A DNA stretch of 63,670 bases, counting the filler, from Octopus bimaculoides (Eukaryota), in assembly GCF_001194135.2 (NCBI RefSeq). It is 5 parts of 5 records of this genome, joined end to end, with 100 filler letters (N's around TTAATTAATTAA, not from the genome) between each part and the next. Parts side by side here need not be neighbours in the genome. Positions count along the whole stretch, not along the records: positions 26,356 to 47,531 come from NC_068983.1; positions 47,632 to 57,649 come from NC_069006.1; 3 more parts are not named here. One strand, written 5' to 3'. Positions 36,445 through 48,981 of the stretch are shown piece by piece. Made by a program: the position numbers and the translations under genes. Each line of letters begins with the position of its first letter. Position 1 is the stretch's first letter. Below the pieces are notes generated by a model that worked only from the letters and a program-made list of their open reading frames with translations, was not told the origin of the DNA and made no database searches.

Positions 36445-38768
36445 NNNNNNNNNNNNNNNNNNNNNNNNNNNNNNNNNNNNNNNNNNNNNNNNNNNNNNNN
36501 NNNNNNNNNNNNNNNNNNNNNNNNNNNNNNNNNNNNNNNNNNNNNNNNNNNNNNNNNNNNNNNNNNNNNNNNNNNNNNNNNNNNNNNNNNNNNNNNNNNN
36601 NNNNNNNNNNNNNNNNNNNNNNNNNNNNNNNNNNNNNNNNNNNNNNNNNNNNNNNNNNNNNNNNNNNNNNNNNNNNNNNNNNNNNNNNNNNNNNNNNNNN
36701 NNNNNNNNNNNNNNNNNNNNNNNNNNNNNNNNNNNNNNNNNNNNNNNNNNNNNNNNNNNNNNNNNNNNNNNNNNNNNNNNNNNNNNNNNNNNNNNNNNNN
36801 NNNNNNNNNNNNNNNNNNNNNNNNNNNNNNNNNNNNNNNNNNNNNNNNNNNNNNNNNNNNNNNNNNNNNNNNNNNNNNNNNNNNNNNNNNNNNNNNNNNN
36901 NNNNNNNNNNNNNNNNNNNNNNNNNNNNNNNNNNNNNNNNNNNNNNNNNNNNNNNNNNNNNNNNNNNNNNNNNNNNNNNNNNNNNNNNNNNNNNNNNNNN
37001 NNNNNNNNNNNNNNNNNNNNNNNNNNNNNNNNNNNNNNNNNNNNNNNNNNNNNNNNNNNNNNNNNNNNNNNNNNNNNNNNNNNNNNNNNNNNNNNNNNNN
37101 NNNNNNNNNNNNNNNNNNNNNNNNNNNNNNNNNNNNNNNNNNNNNNNNNNNNNNNNNNTAAAGTGTTACTGGGTTGGGGGTGAATAGCAAAAAGATTATA
37201 TAATGTTCAAATATGTTTTCCCAACTACATTTAATATTTTTCTTTTGAGGTATTCAAGAAAAGATTTTATTTTATTTATTTCTATATTTACTTATTTATT
37301 TATTACAAGTTGGAAAAGTTTAGAATCTTTGTTTTGTTTTCTTTTTTTTTTTTTCTTTAAAAATATATATTTTGAAATAATGTAAGATTATTTTAACTTT
37401 TTATTTGAGAACTGATATGTTATTATAAAAGTTCTTTATTTGGTTTTGGTGGTTCTTTTTTTCTTCCTGCTTTTTTTTTTTTTTTCTCCCTCTTCTTACA
37501 AAACATATTTATTTCAGAAAATGAATAACATAAAGAAAGACAAACATATTTAGAAAATATAAAATTAAAAATATATATTTTATTAAAAAAAGGTCTTTAT
37601 TAAATTCAGTATAAAAATACACACATACCCACATGTGTGTATGTATGTTTATGTGAGAATATATACATATATATATATATTTCCATTCTTAGATAAACTT
37701 GTAGGCATTTTAAAATTGGTTTTAGTTGAGAGACTTTAAGCTAATTTATATAGGATGTTCTCGGTGGATGATATGAAAGGGAAGTAATATTAGTGATTGT
37801 ATAAAGTTACACTATATGGAAAGGAATGCAGTTAAGACGAGAGAGAGAGAAATGAGAAAGATAAAAACGAGAGAGAGAAAATGATAAACAAATTAAATAT
37901 AGATAAGTTATATGTTGTCTCTACAACTTCACTTTTTCTCTTTCTTATTCATAGTTCTACTCCGCCTTCTCACCAGTTTTCCATGTTTAATGATATAAAG
38001 TTACTGAATGGAATTATTATTTTGTTTTATTTTATTACTTGTAGTATTGTGTTTGTTATTTTGGAGGTTGTTTTCTGCTCACATGCACAAAGAACTGCAG
38101 CTTTACTACGGCTGCTATGCCCCTCTGTTGTTATTGTTTGCAATGCACCGTTGCAGAGTGTTAATCTAAAAATCAGTGGCATTGCCCGATTTCATGAGAT
38201 TCTTCCCAAAAATAGTTATTGCCAAAGTTTCTATCGTCTATCTTACCTGATTATATGCAGATGGTAAATCCATCAGATTAGCTAGAAATACCAAATTATA
38301 TTTCACATTTGCTTCTCTGATGTTAGTAGTAATGCAAAGTTTAACTAATGTAAACATATCCCTTCGACATATAAGTAGATACATAACATATCTATATTAC
38401 CGTTTCTACGCTGTAAAGTTTTTAAATAAAAGCAAACGTCTAGAATAGTTATGCTTCTTCTCATTACACTGCTAAAGCAGCAACAGTAGCGACTATACCA
38501 GATTTGAAAAAAAATAAGAACAATAGAAAAAGAAATGAAAGAAATAAAACAGACAGATAATTTGAGTTTTTGTGACTTCTTTTATATTTAAATAAAAATG
38601 ATAATTATTATTGTCATGTAGATATATTATTGTTGGAATTGTTTTGGAAATTCTGTCTGTTAAGTGTCAAATGTTGTTTACTAACTTCATTGTGATTGAC
38701 AAAAAAAAGTCTCTCTCACACACACACACACACACACATTTGCACACACACACATAGAGAAAGAGATA

Positions 38769-38802
<34 letters not shown>

Positions 38803-39014
38803 NNNNNNNNNNNNNNNNNNNNNNNNNNNNNNNNNNNNNNNNNNNNNNNNNNNNNNNNNNNNNNNNNNNNNNNNNNNNNNNNNNNNNNNNNNNNNNNNNN
38901 NNNNNNNNNNNNNNNNNNNNNNNNNNNNNNNNNNNNNNNNNNNNNNNNNNNNNNNNNNNNNNNNNNNNNNNNNNNNNNNNNNNNNNNNNNNNNNNNNNNN
39001 NNNNNNNNNNNNNN

Positions 39015-39054
<40 letters not shown>

Positions 39055-39268
39055 GTATGTTTACGTGGGTATGTGTATGGAAAGAGATATAAATATGAAA
39101 GGCTTATTGTTAGAATTATAGAATTACACACTTGGTATTGTTCTTCAGTATATTCTAAATTGAAAAACTCTGTATCTACCGTACAAATTTATTCTGTCTA
39201 CATCGTATGATTACTTTGGAGTATTTTCATGTAATATGTACCTACACACACACACGTGTCTGTGTGTG

Positions 39269-39317
<49 letters not shown>

Positions 39318-39639
39318 CTATCTATATATATGTATTCATATACATATATATATTTATATACATGAGGTTGAAAGTCAGCAGAATTGATGATAAAGCATTG
39401 GATTAAGTGACTTGGGCACTATTTATTTTTGTCCTTTTGTGCACTGAGTTCACAGCTTACTAAGGAAGAAGACGGGGTTGGCTTTGTTGCTTTTCATAAT
39501 TTTCTTTAGAGTTGATGAAACATGATTACTATTAATGCTGCAGAGATGATTTTTCTCAGCAACATCATGTCCTCCTCCCATAGAGAAACTAAATTTGTGA
39601 TGAGTCAGATGAAATTGTTATTATCATTATCACAATCTA

Positions 39640-40040
39640 TAATATAGTTCTATGTGTGAGTATGCCTCTGTGGCAAGGAAGCTCACTCTGCATCCATGTG
39701 GTTTCAGGTTCGATCCCACTGTGTGGCATTTTGGGCAGGTGTCTTATATTCTACAAAAGCCTTGGGTTGACCAATGCCATGTGAGCGAATTTGGTAGGTG
39801 GAAACTATGTGGAAGCCTGTTATTTATATATATATGTGTGTGTATCTCCCCACCATTGCTCAACGACCATTGTTTGCTTATACCCTTGCAACTTAGCAGT
39901 TTGGCAAAAGCGGCTGATAATATAAGTACCAGACTTAACAAAAACTAAGTACTGGGGTTGATTTGTTTGGCTAAAACCCTTCAAGGTGGTGCATCAGCAT
40001 GGCTGCTGTCCAGTGATTGATTCAAGCAAAAGGTAAAAGA
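39640..40040 (+). mobile_element. Full family B SINE, decayed
   Basis: Head, CORE-like block, TA/TG run and tail GGTGCATCAGCATGGCTGCTGTCC. A further head lies at about 40245-40385. Confidence 0.65.
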
Positions 40041-40564
40041 TAGATTGTCATAATGTTTGTATATTGGAGTTTTTCACTTCAAACAACCTTATCTATGGAA
40101 TGAAAATGAAGACATAACTGAAATCTGTAAGATAGAGAAATAATGCTCTGAAGATCTAAGAAGTTCTGCATGGAAGCAGATATAAGGAAAATTATAAAAT
40201 GTGGACTTGTCATGCATTATGTTTCTTATTATGATTACTATAGACACTTGTGTGGATGTCTAATTAGGAAGCTTGCTTCCCAACCATGTGGTCTTTGGTT
40301 CAGTCCTACTGTGTGGTACTTTGGGCTAGTGACTTCTTGTGTAACCCCAGGCCGACTAAAGCCATGTGAGTGGATTTGAACTGAAAATTTACCTCCACAA
40401 AAAGAAGTACATCAAGCATCTTCAGCATATCCCTGGGGAAATACTCTCAACATAAAACAAGCTATGGCACTATATGCTGTATTTTCAAAAGGGAAAACTC
40501 ATCCAAAACACTGGCTGAAATTGTAAGATATACCTCTGCCCATAGTTAAGTACCCCAGTATATA

Positions 40565-40760
40565 CTCTCTTTTACTCTTTTACTTGTTTCAGTCATTTTA
40601 CTGCGGCCATGCTGGAGCACCGCCTTTAGTTGAGCAAATCGACCCCAGGACTTATTCTTTGGAAGCCTAGTGTTTATTCTATGGCTAAGTTACGGGGACA
40701 TAAACACACCAGCATCGGTTGTCAAGCGATGTTGGGGGGACAAACTCAGACACACAAACA
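40565..40760 (-). mobile_element. Family B SINE tail
   Basis: CTCTTTTACTTGTTTCAGTCATTTTACTGCGGCCATGCTGGAGCACCGCC. Confidence 0.75.
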
Positions 40761-41649
40761 TATGCACACATACATATATATATATGCATATATATATATA
40801 TATATATATATATNNNNNNNNNNNNNNNNNNNNNNNNNNNNNNNNNNNNNNNNNNNNNNNNNNNNNNNNNNNNNNNNNNNNNNNNNNNNNNNNNNNNNNN
40901 NNNNNNNNNNNNNNNNNNNNNNNNNNNNNNNNNNNNNNNNNNNNNNNNNNNNNNNNNNNNNNNNNNNNNNNNNNNNNNNNNNNNNNNNNNNNNNNNNNNN
41001 NNNNNNNNNNNNNNNNNNNNNNNNNNNNNNNNNNNNNNNNNNNNNNNNNNNNNNNNNNNNNNNNNNNNNNNNNNNNNNNNNNNNNNNNNNNNNNNNNNNN
41101 NNNNNNNNNNNNNNNNNNNNNNNNNNNNNNNNNNNNNNNNNNNNNNNNNNNNNNNNNNNNNNNNNNNNNNNNNNNNNNNNNNNNNNNNNNNNNNNNNNNN
41201 NNNNNNNNNNNNNNNNNNNNNNNNNNNNNNNNNNNNNNNNNNNNNNNNNNNNNNNNNNNNNNNNNNNNNNNNNNNNNNNNNNNNNNNNNNNNNNNNNNNN
41301 NNNNNNNNNNNNNNNNNNNNNNNNNNNNNNNNNNNNNNNNNNNNNNNNNNNNNNNNNNNNNNNNNNNNNNNNNNNNNNNNNNNNNNNNNNNNNNNNNNNN
41401 NNNNNNNNNNNNNNNNNNNNNNNNNNNNNNNNNNNNNNNNNNNNNNNNNNNNNNNNNNNNNNNNNNNNNNNNNNNNNNNNNNNNNNNNNNNNNNNNNNNN
41501 NNNNNNNNNNNNNNNNNNNNNNNNNNNNNNNNNNNNNNNNNNNNNNNNNNNNNNNNNNNNNNNNNNNNNNNNNNNNNNNNNNNNNNNNGAAAGCGGACGT
41601 TAAACGATGATGATGATGATGATGATGATGATATATATATATATATATA

Positions 41650-41815
41650 GACGACGGGCTTCTTTCAGTTTCCGTCTACCAAATCCACTCACAAGGCTTT
41701 GGTCAGCCTGAGGCTATTGTAGAAGACACTTGCCCAAGGTGCCACGCAGTGGGACTGAACCCAGAACCATGTGGTTGATAAGCAAGCTACTTACCACACA
41801 GCCACTCCTATGCCT
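41650..41815 (-). mobile_element. Family B SINE head, young
   Basis: GACGGGCTTCTTTCAGTTTCCGTCTACC...ACCACACAGCCACTCCTATGCC. It follows an RTE tail end at 41590-41630. Confidence 0.8.
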
Positions 41816-42317
41816 ATATAAGGCAAAAAAAAAAAACAATAAGAGTCATGATAGGAAATGTCAGAAATAATGTAGATCCATGGCTGGTCATCACTTTTGT
41901 ATCACAGTGTAGATGAGTGATGAATGCAGGACTAACAAGAGGTCTTATGTGGTCAAAGATCATCAGAATGAAGTTGTATATTGTAATGACCCCTGAATGC
42001 CACAGAGCCATGCTGAGACAAAGGGAATGAAATTGGTGACAAGGGCAAAAAGCCTCATTGTCATAAGAGTCAGAATACTTGATGTCGATGGAATCAAAGC
42101 CTTTTTCCCTCATGAACTGGGAAGACTCTGCAAGAAAATCAGAAACATGAGTAATGGACACCAACATAGAAAGCAACAAGCCACAGTTTCCAGAGAAGCT
42201 TAAGTCAAAACTCTGCGAATAGCTGGAGGAAAGAAGCCCACAAACGCACACTTTTTCTAACTGTAGCAACCAGTAGCACCACTCTAGCGCCGTATGTTGT
42301 AAAAAGANNNNNNNNNN

Positions 42318-42349
<32 letters not shown>

Positions 42350-42362
<13 letters not shown>

Positions 42363-42600
42363 GTGTGTGTGTGTTTGTGTGTCTGTGTTTGTCCCTCAAA
42401 CATCACTTGGCAACCGATGCTGGTGTGTTTACGTCCCCGTAACTTAGCGGTTCGGCAAAGAGACTGATAGAATAAGTACTAGGCTTCCAAAGAATAAGTG
42501 CTGGGGTCGATTTGCTCGACTAAAGGCAGTGCTCCAGCATGGCCACAGTCAAATGACTGAAACAAGTAAAAGAGTAAAGAGTAATCAAGAGCGTGAGGTA
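42350..42600 (+). mobile_element. Family B SINE tail, young
   Basis: CGATGCTGGTGTGTTTACGTCCCCGTAACTTAGCGG...ATGACTGAAACAAGTAAAAGAG. Confidence 0.8.
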
Positions 42601-43094
42601 GAACAATTTTCCCCAAAACAACAATGACATCCCCTCTTTAAAAGAAAAAAGAAGCCAAAAATCTAAAATGAAGAAATATATAAATAACAAAGAGGAAGTG
42701 TGTGTAGGGGGGGGGACAAAGAATTGAAATTCACTGTCCACCAAAAATCAAACAGACAACTTATCGATAAAATCACACTTTTGTGGTGCCATAGATTTTT
42801 TTCCAACGAAGTAAAAATAGTACAGGGGCAATTAGGCTTGAAATATAGACAACATGCAAAAGACAGATTTGTTAGTAAAAATAAAACGAAGATGTTATAA
42901 CAAACTGAAACAATCTTATGTTGAAGATTTTGGTGATTTTTTTTTTCTCCTCAATTGACTTCAAAAAATATTAGCTGATGCCTTTGAGTGCTTGTGGCAA
43001 CATTAAATAAAATGGCAGGCAGAGACAGGGGAGCCTCAAATCCAAACTAATTAGAAATTTATTTCATTTTTATTTCCTTTAATTATTATTTTCA

Positions 43095-43345
43095 TCATCA
43101 TCATCATCATCATCATTTAATATCTATTTTCCATGCTGGTATGGGTTCAAATGGTTTGACAGAAGCTGTGAAGGCCTTGGGCCATACCAAGTTCCATTGT
43201 CTGTTTTGACATAGCTTCTATAGCTGGATGCCCTTCCTAATAACAACCAACTGCTTTACAAAGTGTACTGGGTGCTTTTTACATGGCACCAGCATCTTAT
43301 ACGTGTATATATATATAAGCACCCACTACACTCTCGGAGTGCATG
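43095..43345 (-). mobile_element. RTE 3'-tail copy
   Basis: (CAT)n then TTTAATATCTATTTTCCATGCTGG...GGATGCCCTTCCTAATAAC. Confidence 0.65.
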
Positions 43346-43369
43346 CAGAGTGGTAAAACCTTTCTGCAT

Positions 43370-43925
43370 GTACTCGTTTAGTGTCCGGGAATTGCTGACT
43401 TGTGGAGTTATGTCAAACAGCTGCTGTCGTGTGTGAGATGGATCTGTCTGTCAACTGAGTCCATAGTGATGATTGCCCCACTGCCCTCCTTTAATCAGGC
43501 AGTCATGCAAGTTTCACTTGAAAAGGAAAGTGAAGGTAGAGAGGGCGGAGCTATCTGTCCTCGAGTGAATTTATGAAAAGGTGGATGAAAGTTGCAAAAA
43601 TGGCAAGAGTGGATGGTATCACTCTCAGTGTAGACCTATGAGTTGGAGGAAAGGAGCTGGAAAGGGCTCTTGTCTGTGTTATTCAGGGTGATCTTGGATG
43701 GTGGGGTTCCTTGATCATCCCTTGAGGACCTCCTGTATGAGCAGGACCCCATCACTATTCTTTTTTTTTTCTTAATGCTGTATGCTGTGCATACTTCACT
43801 TCTTTTAATACATACTGTGTATACTTTTTTTTAAATCTTTCCATTGTATGTAAACCCCCACACTTTAGGTCTGTCTTTGTATTGTTCCCCTCCTCCTTTG
43901 CCCTGGTGGCAAATAAAAGAAATCA
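43370..43925 (+). mobile_element. Decayed L1/Tx1-like LINE 3' end
   Basis: Frameshifted FHLKRKVKVER...FMKRWMKVAKMARVDG resembles a Tx1 ORF2 C-terminus. Ends ...GGCAAATAAAAGAAAT. Confidence 0.4.
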
Positions 43926-44129
43926 CTATTATTATTATTATTTTATGTTTGACTTTTGCTTTACATTTGTACAAGTTGGATCCAAGTCTCACCCAGAGAC
44001 CTCAAGAGACAAGTTAGAAGTTCATGTAGGTGTTATGCCTAGGGTACCATATATTTCGATTTGTACATAGTGTTGTTCTACAGAATGTTTATGAAACCAT
44101 AAGAAAATTATGTGTTTGTTTTAAAATTT
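43925..44129 (-). mobile_element. Probable LINE 3'UTR with (TAA)n tail, R4/Dong-like
   Basis: Minus strand reads GTCTCTTGAGGTCTCTGGGTGAGACTTGG...GTCAAACATAAAATAATAATAA. No coding part is visible because of the gap. Confidence 0.4.
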
Positions 44130-44640
44130 NNNNNNNNNNNNNNNNNNNNNNNNNNNNNNNNNNNNNNNNNNNNNNNNNNNNNNNNNNNNNNNNNNNNNNN
44201 NNNNNNNNNNNNNNNNNNNNNNNNNNNNNNNNNNNNNNNNNNNNNNNNNNNNNNNNNNNNNNNNNNNNNNNNNNNNNNNNNNNNNNNNNNNNNNNNNNNN
44301 NNNNNNNNNNNNNNNNNNNNNNNNNNNNNNNNNNNNNNNNNNNNNNNNNNNNNNNNNNNNNNNNNNNNNNNNNNNNNNNNNNNNNNNNNNNNNNNNNNNN
44401 NNNNNNNNNNNNNNNNNNNNNNNNNNNNNNNNNNNNNNNNNNNNNNNNNNNNNNNNNNNNNNNNNNNNNNNNNNNNNNNNNNNNNNNNNNNNNNNNNNNN
44501 NNNNNNNNNNNNNNNNNNNNNNNNNNNNNNNNNNNNNNNNNNNNNNNNNNNNNNNNNNNNNNNNNNNNNNNNNNNNNNNNNNNNNNNNNNNNNNNNNNNN
44601 GTCTGAAATCTTTCAGTATGATGTCTGGCCTATTTGCATC

Positions 44641-44703
<63 letters not shown>

Positions 44704-44704
44704 T

Positions 44705-45047
44705 GTGACCCCCTTCGGTCATGACTGACCATGGGATTGCACCTAGAAAGTTACCCTCCCAGGCACAAGTCTGGGCAAGGTTGTTTATGGAAGACCAGCA
44801 GTTGCTCATGCATACTGACCTCCCCTCTCCATGCAACCAATGTTATCCAAGGGAAAGGCAAAGGCCGATACAGCTTGGCATCTGTGACGTCACAACTCAG
44901 TTCTATAGCTGAGTAAACTGGAGCAACGTGAAATAAAGTGTCTTGCTCAAGAACACAACACACAGCTCGGTCCAGGCTTCGAACTTACAACCCCACAATC
45001 ACAAATTCAACGCCCTAACCCTAATCACTGAGCCATGCACCTTCACT
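44705..45047 (-). mobile_element. Family D-headed SINE with a different, RTE-like tail
   Basis: Head and central TGTGTTCTTGAGCAAGACACTTTATTTCACGTTGCTCCAG match family D. Tail ...GGGTAACTTTCTAGGTGCAATCCCATGGTCAGTCATGACCGAAGGGGG then (TAA)n. Confidence 0.7.
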
Positions 45048-45066
45048 TATTATTATTATTATTATG

Positions 45067-45116
<50 letters not shown>

Positions 45117-45564
45117 CATCATCATCATGCAGCTGATGTTGACTTTGCTTTCATCCATCCAGAACTGATACAGAACGTACCACTCTGATAGGCTGACAGT
45201 TTCTTTACTGGAGTAAAGTAAATTGATTACTCCTCTCTCCAAAATCTGTGGTCTTGTGCCAGATTACACATCATTATTATTTCTATCATTATTTAAATAG
45301 AAAGTGGCTGGTGAAATCTTTATCGTATCTGTTTGGCTGCTCGGAGTTTGTATTCAGATTCCATCTTAGTGAAGTTTGTTTTTGAATCCCCTTTTCCTAG
45401 TTTTAATAAAAATAAGCATCTTTAATTTATTATCATTCTATTTTCTTTTACTAAATGGCTATTCAGCAATTAAAAAGAAATTACTGTTATTGCCATTGTT
45501 TTTGTATCAGGGCTTGTGGTTATATATATAAAAAAAAATAATCTTTGTTATCACTTAATAATAT

Positions 45565-45762
45565 AAGGGCGAATTGTTAGTATGCTGGGTGAAATGCTTT
45601 CATCTGTAGTCACATTCTGGGTCCAAATTCCATTGAGGTTGACAGTTAATCTTTCATCCTTTCAGTGTTGATAAAATAAGTACAAGTTTAGTATTGGGGT
45701 CAGTGTAATCGACTTACACTCCCCCAAAATTGCTGGCCTTGTGCCAAAATTTGAAACCATTA
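45565..45762 (+). mobile_element. Family A SINE
   Basis: GGCGAATTGTTAGTATGCTGGGTGAAATGC...GGCCTTGTGCCAAAATTTGAAACC. Confidence 0.7.
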
Positions 45763-45769
45763 TTATTTG

Positions 45770-45837
<68 letters not shown>

Positions 45838-46581
45838 CCATGTGTCTTTACATTTGTACAGCTTTGGCAATGACGGCATTTGCTTACTTCCCCCTTGTAT
45901 AATGTCCAGCACCTTTGTGGCTTGATGTATGCATTTCAGCAATAAGTTACCTTATTGGAAACAAGTAAGAATTTGTGTCAAGAAGAACATTGAGCTGGTC
46001 ATAGAATATTGTTTCCAACTGATATGATAACTGCCTGGAAAAAGTGGACATGAACATGATCATAATGATGATAATTCTTTTTGTGAACTGAAATAATACT
46101 TAGAACCACTTTTAGGAAATTTGTAGCAGTCTAATTTCCTCAGGTAGTCAGGCAAATATTATGCAGTTAAGTAAACCAGGTTCATATCACCATATCTAAA
46201 ATGGATCATAATGCTTGGCATATAATGGCTGGGTTGATTTATGATAGCAGTTAAAAAAAAAACTCTACTAGCCTCTGCAAATAGGATTTCATCCTAATTA
46301 CCTCAATCCTCAGCTTTGGTCAGATGTAAAGATGTCAATACCATTGAGTAATCATAAATATTCATTATGTGTTGGTTTTATGTTAGCTATCATTTTAAGC
46401 TATTACTGGGCCAACTCATAAACTTACAAATTGATTTGATAGACAGGAATTAAAAGAAACTCTTTGTATATGTTTGTAAGAACGTATTTATATGTGTATA
46501 ATATATATTATATAATGAAATATTATTTGCAGAGGCTAGTACAACTTTTTGCTGGTATCATAAATCAACCCTGTCATTATG

Positions 46582-46612
<31 letters not shown>

Positions 46613-46769
46613 GTATATATATATACACACACACACACGCACACACACACACAAACATACACACACACACACCCATGATGGGCTTCTTTCAGTTTCTGTC
46701 TACCAAATACACTCACAAGGCTTTGGTCGGCCTAAGGCTATAGTAGAAGACACTATATACATACATACA

Positions 46770-46805
<36 letters not shown>

Positions 46806-46828
46806 TAGAGAGAGAGAGGGGAGAGAGG

Positions 46829-47008
46829 GCAAATAAGTAACAAGGTTGTCTAGATATCAGTGCATTATGGCTGTTTCAAGCAGCTCCATTTAGTTGATCG
46901 ATGAAAATATTACATCAATTTGAAATTTGTTTCCATTGATCAATTAAATGGAGCCGCTTGAAATGGCCATAAAGCACCGATACCTGGATACGCTTGTTAC
47001 TTATTTGC
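46829..47008. mobile_element. Foldback element / MITE, about 80-bp arms
   Basis: GCAAATAAGTAACAAG...TCCATTTAGTTGATCGATG pairs with CATTGATCAATTAAATGGA...CTTGTTACTTATTTGC. Outer 16 bp perfect. Confidence 0.75.
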
Positions 47009-47354
47009 TTTTTATTCACCTAACTTCAAGCTGTGTGGACTATACTGAACTAGCATGGTGCCTCAATTTAAGCACCTATGTATGTATGTATGTATATATA
47101 TATATAATGTATATATATGTATAGATATATATGTATACATATATATTTGTGTATATATACATATATATATATATATATGTATATATGTGTGTTTATATAT
47201 ATACACATTTGTATATATATGTATATATATATGTGTGTGTGTGTGTGTATATATATATATGTGTGTATATATATATATGTATATATATCAGTGTGTATAT
47301 ATATATATATGTGTGTATATATATATGTATATATATATATCAGTGTGTATTTAT

Positions 47355-47531
47355 CATCATCATCATCATCATCGTTTAACGTCCGCTTTCCATGCTAGCA
47401 TGGGTTGGACGATTTGACTGAGGACTGGTGAAACCGGATGGCAACACCAGGCTCCAGTCTAATTTGGCAGAGTTTCTACAGCTGGATGCCCTTCCTAACG
47501 CCAACCACTCAGAGAGTGTAGTGGTTGCTTT
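47355..47531 (-). mobile_element. Young RTE 3'-tail copy
   Basis: Near-identical to the reverse complement of 26040-26232. Confidence 0.85.
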
Positions 47532-47631
47532 NNNNNNNNNNNNNNNNNNNNNNNNNNNNNNNNNNNNNNNNNNNNTTAATTAATTAANNNNNNNNNNNNN
47601 NNNNNNNNNNNNNNNNNNNNNNNNNNNNNNN

Positions 47632-47822
47632 GGTGGGGGGGCAAACATAGACACAAAGACACACACATAAATATATATATACGACGGGCTTCTTTCAGTT
47701 TCCATCTATCAAATTCACTCACAAGGTAGTAGAAGACACTTGCTCAAGGTGCCATGCAGTGGGACTGAACCCGAAACCATGTGGTTGGTAAGCAGGCTTC
47801 TTACCACACAGTCATGCCTGTG
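47632..47822 (-). mobile_element. Family B SINE
   Basis: ACGACGGGCTTCTTTCAG...CTTACCACACAGTCATGCCTG. Another truncated copy lies at about 46673-46753. Confidence 0.75.
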
Positions 47823-47830
47823 CCTTGCGA

Positions 47831-47934
47831 GAAGATGGGTGACAGGGATTTTGAAGTTTCAACCAGCTAACATTCATCGAATTGTCTGACAAAGCTAACA
47901 GGCCGAAACTTCAAAGTCACTATCACCCTTCTTC
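47831..47934. repeat. Imperfect inverted repeat, about 30-bp arms
   Basis: GAAGATGGGTGACAGGGATTTTGAAGTTTC versus GAAACTTCAAAGTCACTATCACCCTTCTTC. Confidence 0.7.
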
Positions 47935-48633
47935 ATGTGAAAAGTCTAACAAACATGTAGTCTACAAAATATATTGAGTAATTCTTCAGTTTAATGATAA
48001 ACAACCTAACAAATATATATATACACATACACAAACACACACACAAGAGAGTGCTGAAAAGGGCTAAATGGAGACCCAACCTTCTGAGTTCTTTTGCAAT
48101 AAGTGAGTGAATCTGAGAGGGGGAATACGTTGAATAAAATCATAGTTAACTGATCTTCCTATATTTTCTTTAAGCCAGAGCAAAGAACTTTTTTGTACCT
48201 CGTTGTATAGTTGTAATAATGATGTCAAACCAAAGAGTGATATTTTGAAAAATTTATTACATACATTTCAGATTTGCATAGTATATATTAGGAAGTGCAC
48301 CCATTATGTAATACCCTCCTCAGTTTAAGCATTTCAGTTTTGAATAGTTTATTATATTTAACTCAGGTCAACAATCTTGGTACCGGTGCCAGAAATATGA
48401 AACAAGAAATGTATAATGTATATATATATATTATATACTTTCTTGGTGAATAAGTATTGGTCCATCAATTCAAAGTAGGGGTTTGGAAGGAATTGCCAAA
48501 ATAACAGACAAGAGTCCTGGTGGGATCTACTTTGGCTGTTTCTATTCTCAGTTCAAATAGCGCTTCCTATATCTGGCCTCAACCCTTGACAGCATAGGCA
48601 ACAGACATTAAATGGTGATGGTTATATACGCAT

Positions 48634-48669
<36 letters not shown>

Positions 48670-48769
48670 TGAGACACAGAGAAAATAATGAAACAAACAT
48701 GAGAGGGTTAGTTACAATATGATATGTGTGTGTGCATGTGTATGTATTTACATGTGTGTGTGTGTGTGT

Positions 48770-48826
<57 letters not shown>

Positions 48827-48945
48827 GGCATTTGGGCAAGTTTTATAGATTAAAAATGCAATAAAAATATATTTTATATATATACGTATATATTTATACA
48901 TATACACGCTCACACTGACATATATATAATATAAGTCTGAATATA

Positions 48946-48981
<36 letters not shown>

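Noticed and set aside
36321-37190. Long ORFs in the track spanning N gaps or TA/CA/GA repeats (for example 16279-16866, 40630-41650, 49971-50969, 60045-60718)
   Set aside because: Their length comes from X residues or dinucleotide translation (YIYI, CVCV, HTHT, RERE).
37881-38267. 128-aa plus-strand ORF
   Set aside because: Hydrophobic composition typical of T-rich non-coding DNA, with no motif.
45015-45026. CCCTAACCCTAA telomere-like repeat
   Set aside because: Only two units, arising inside a SINE head.
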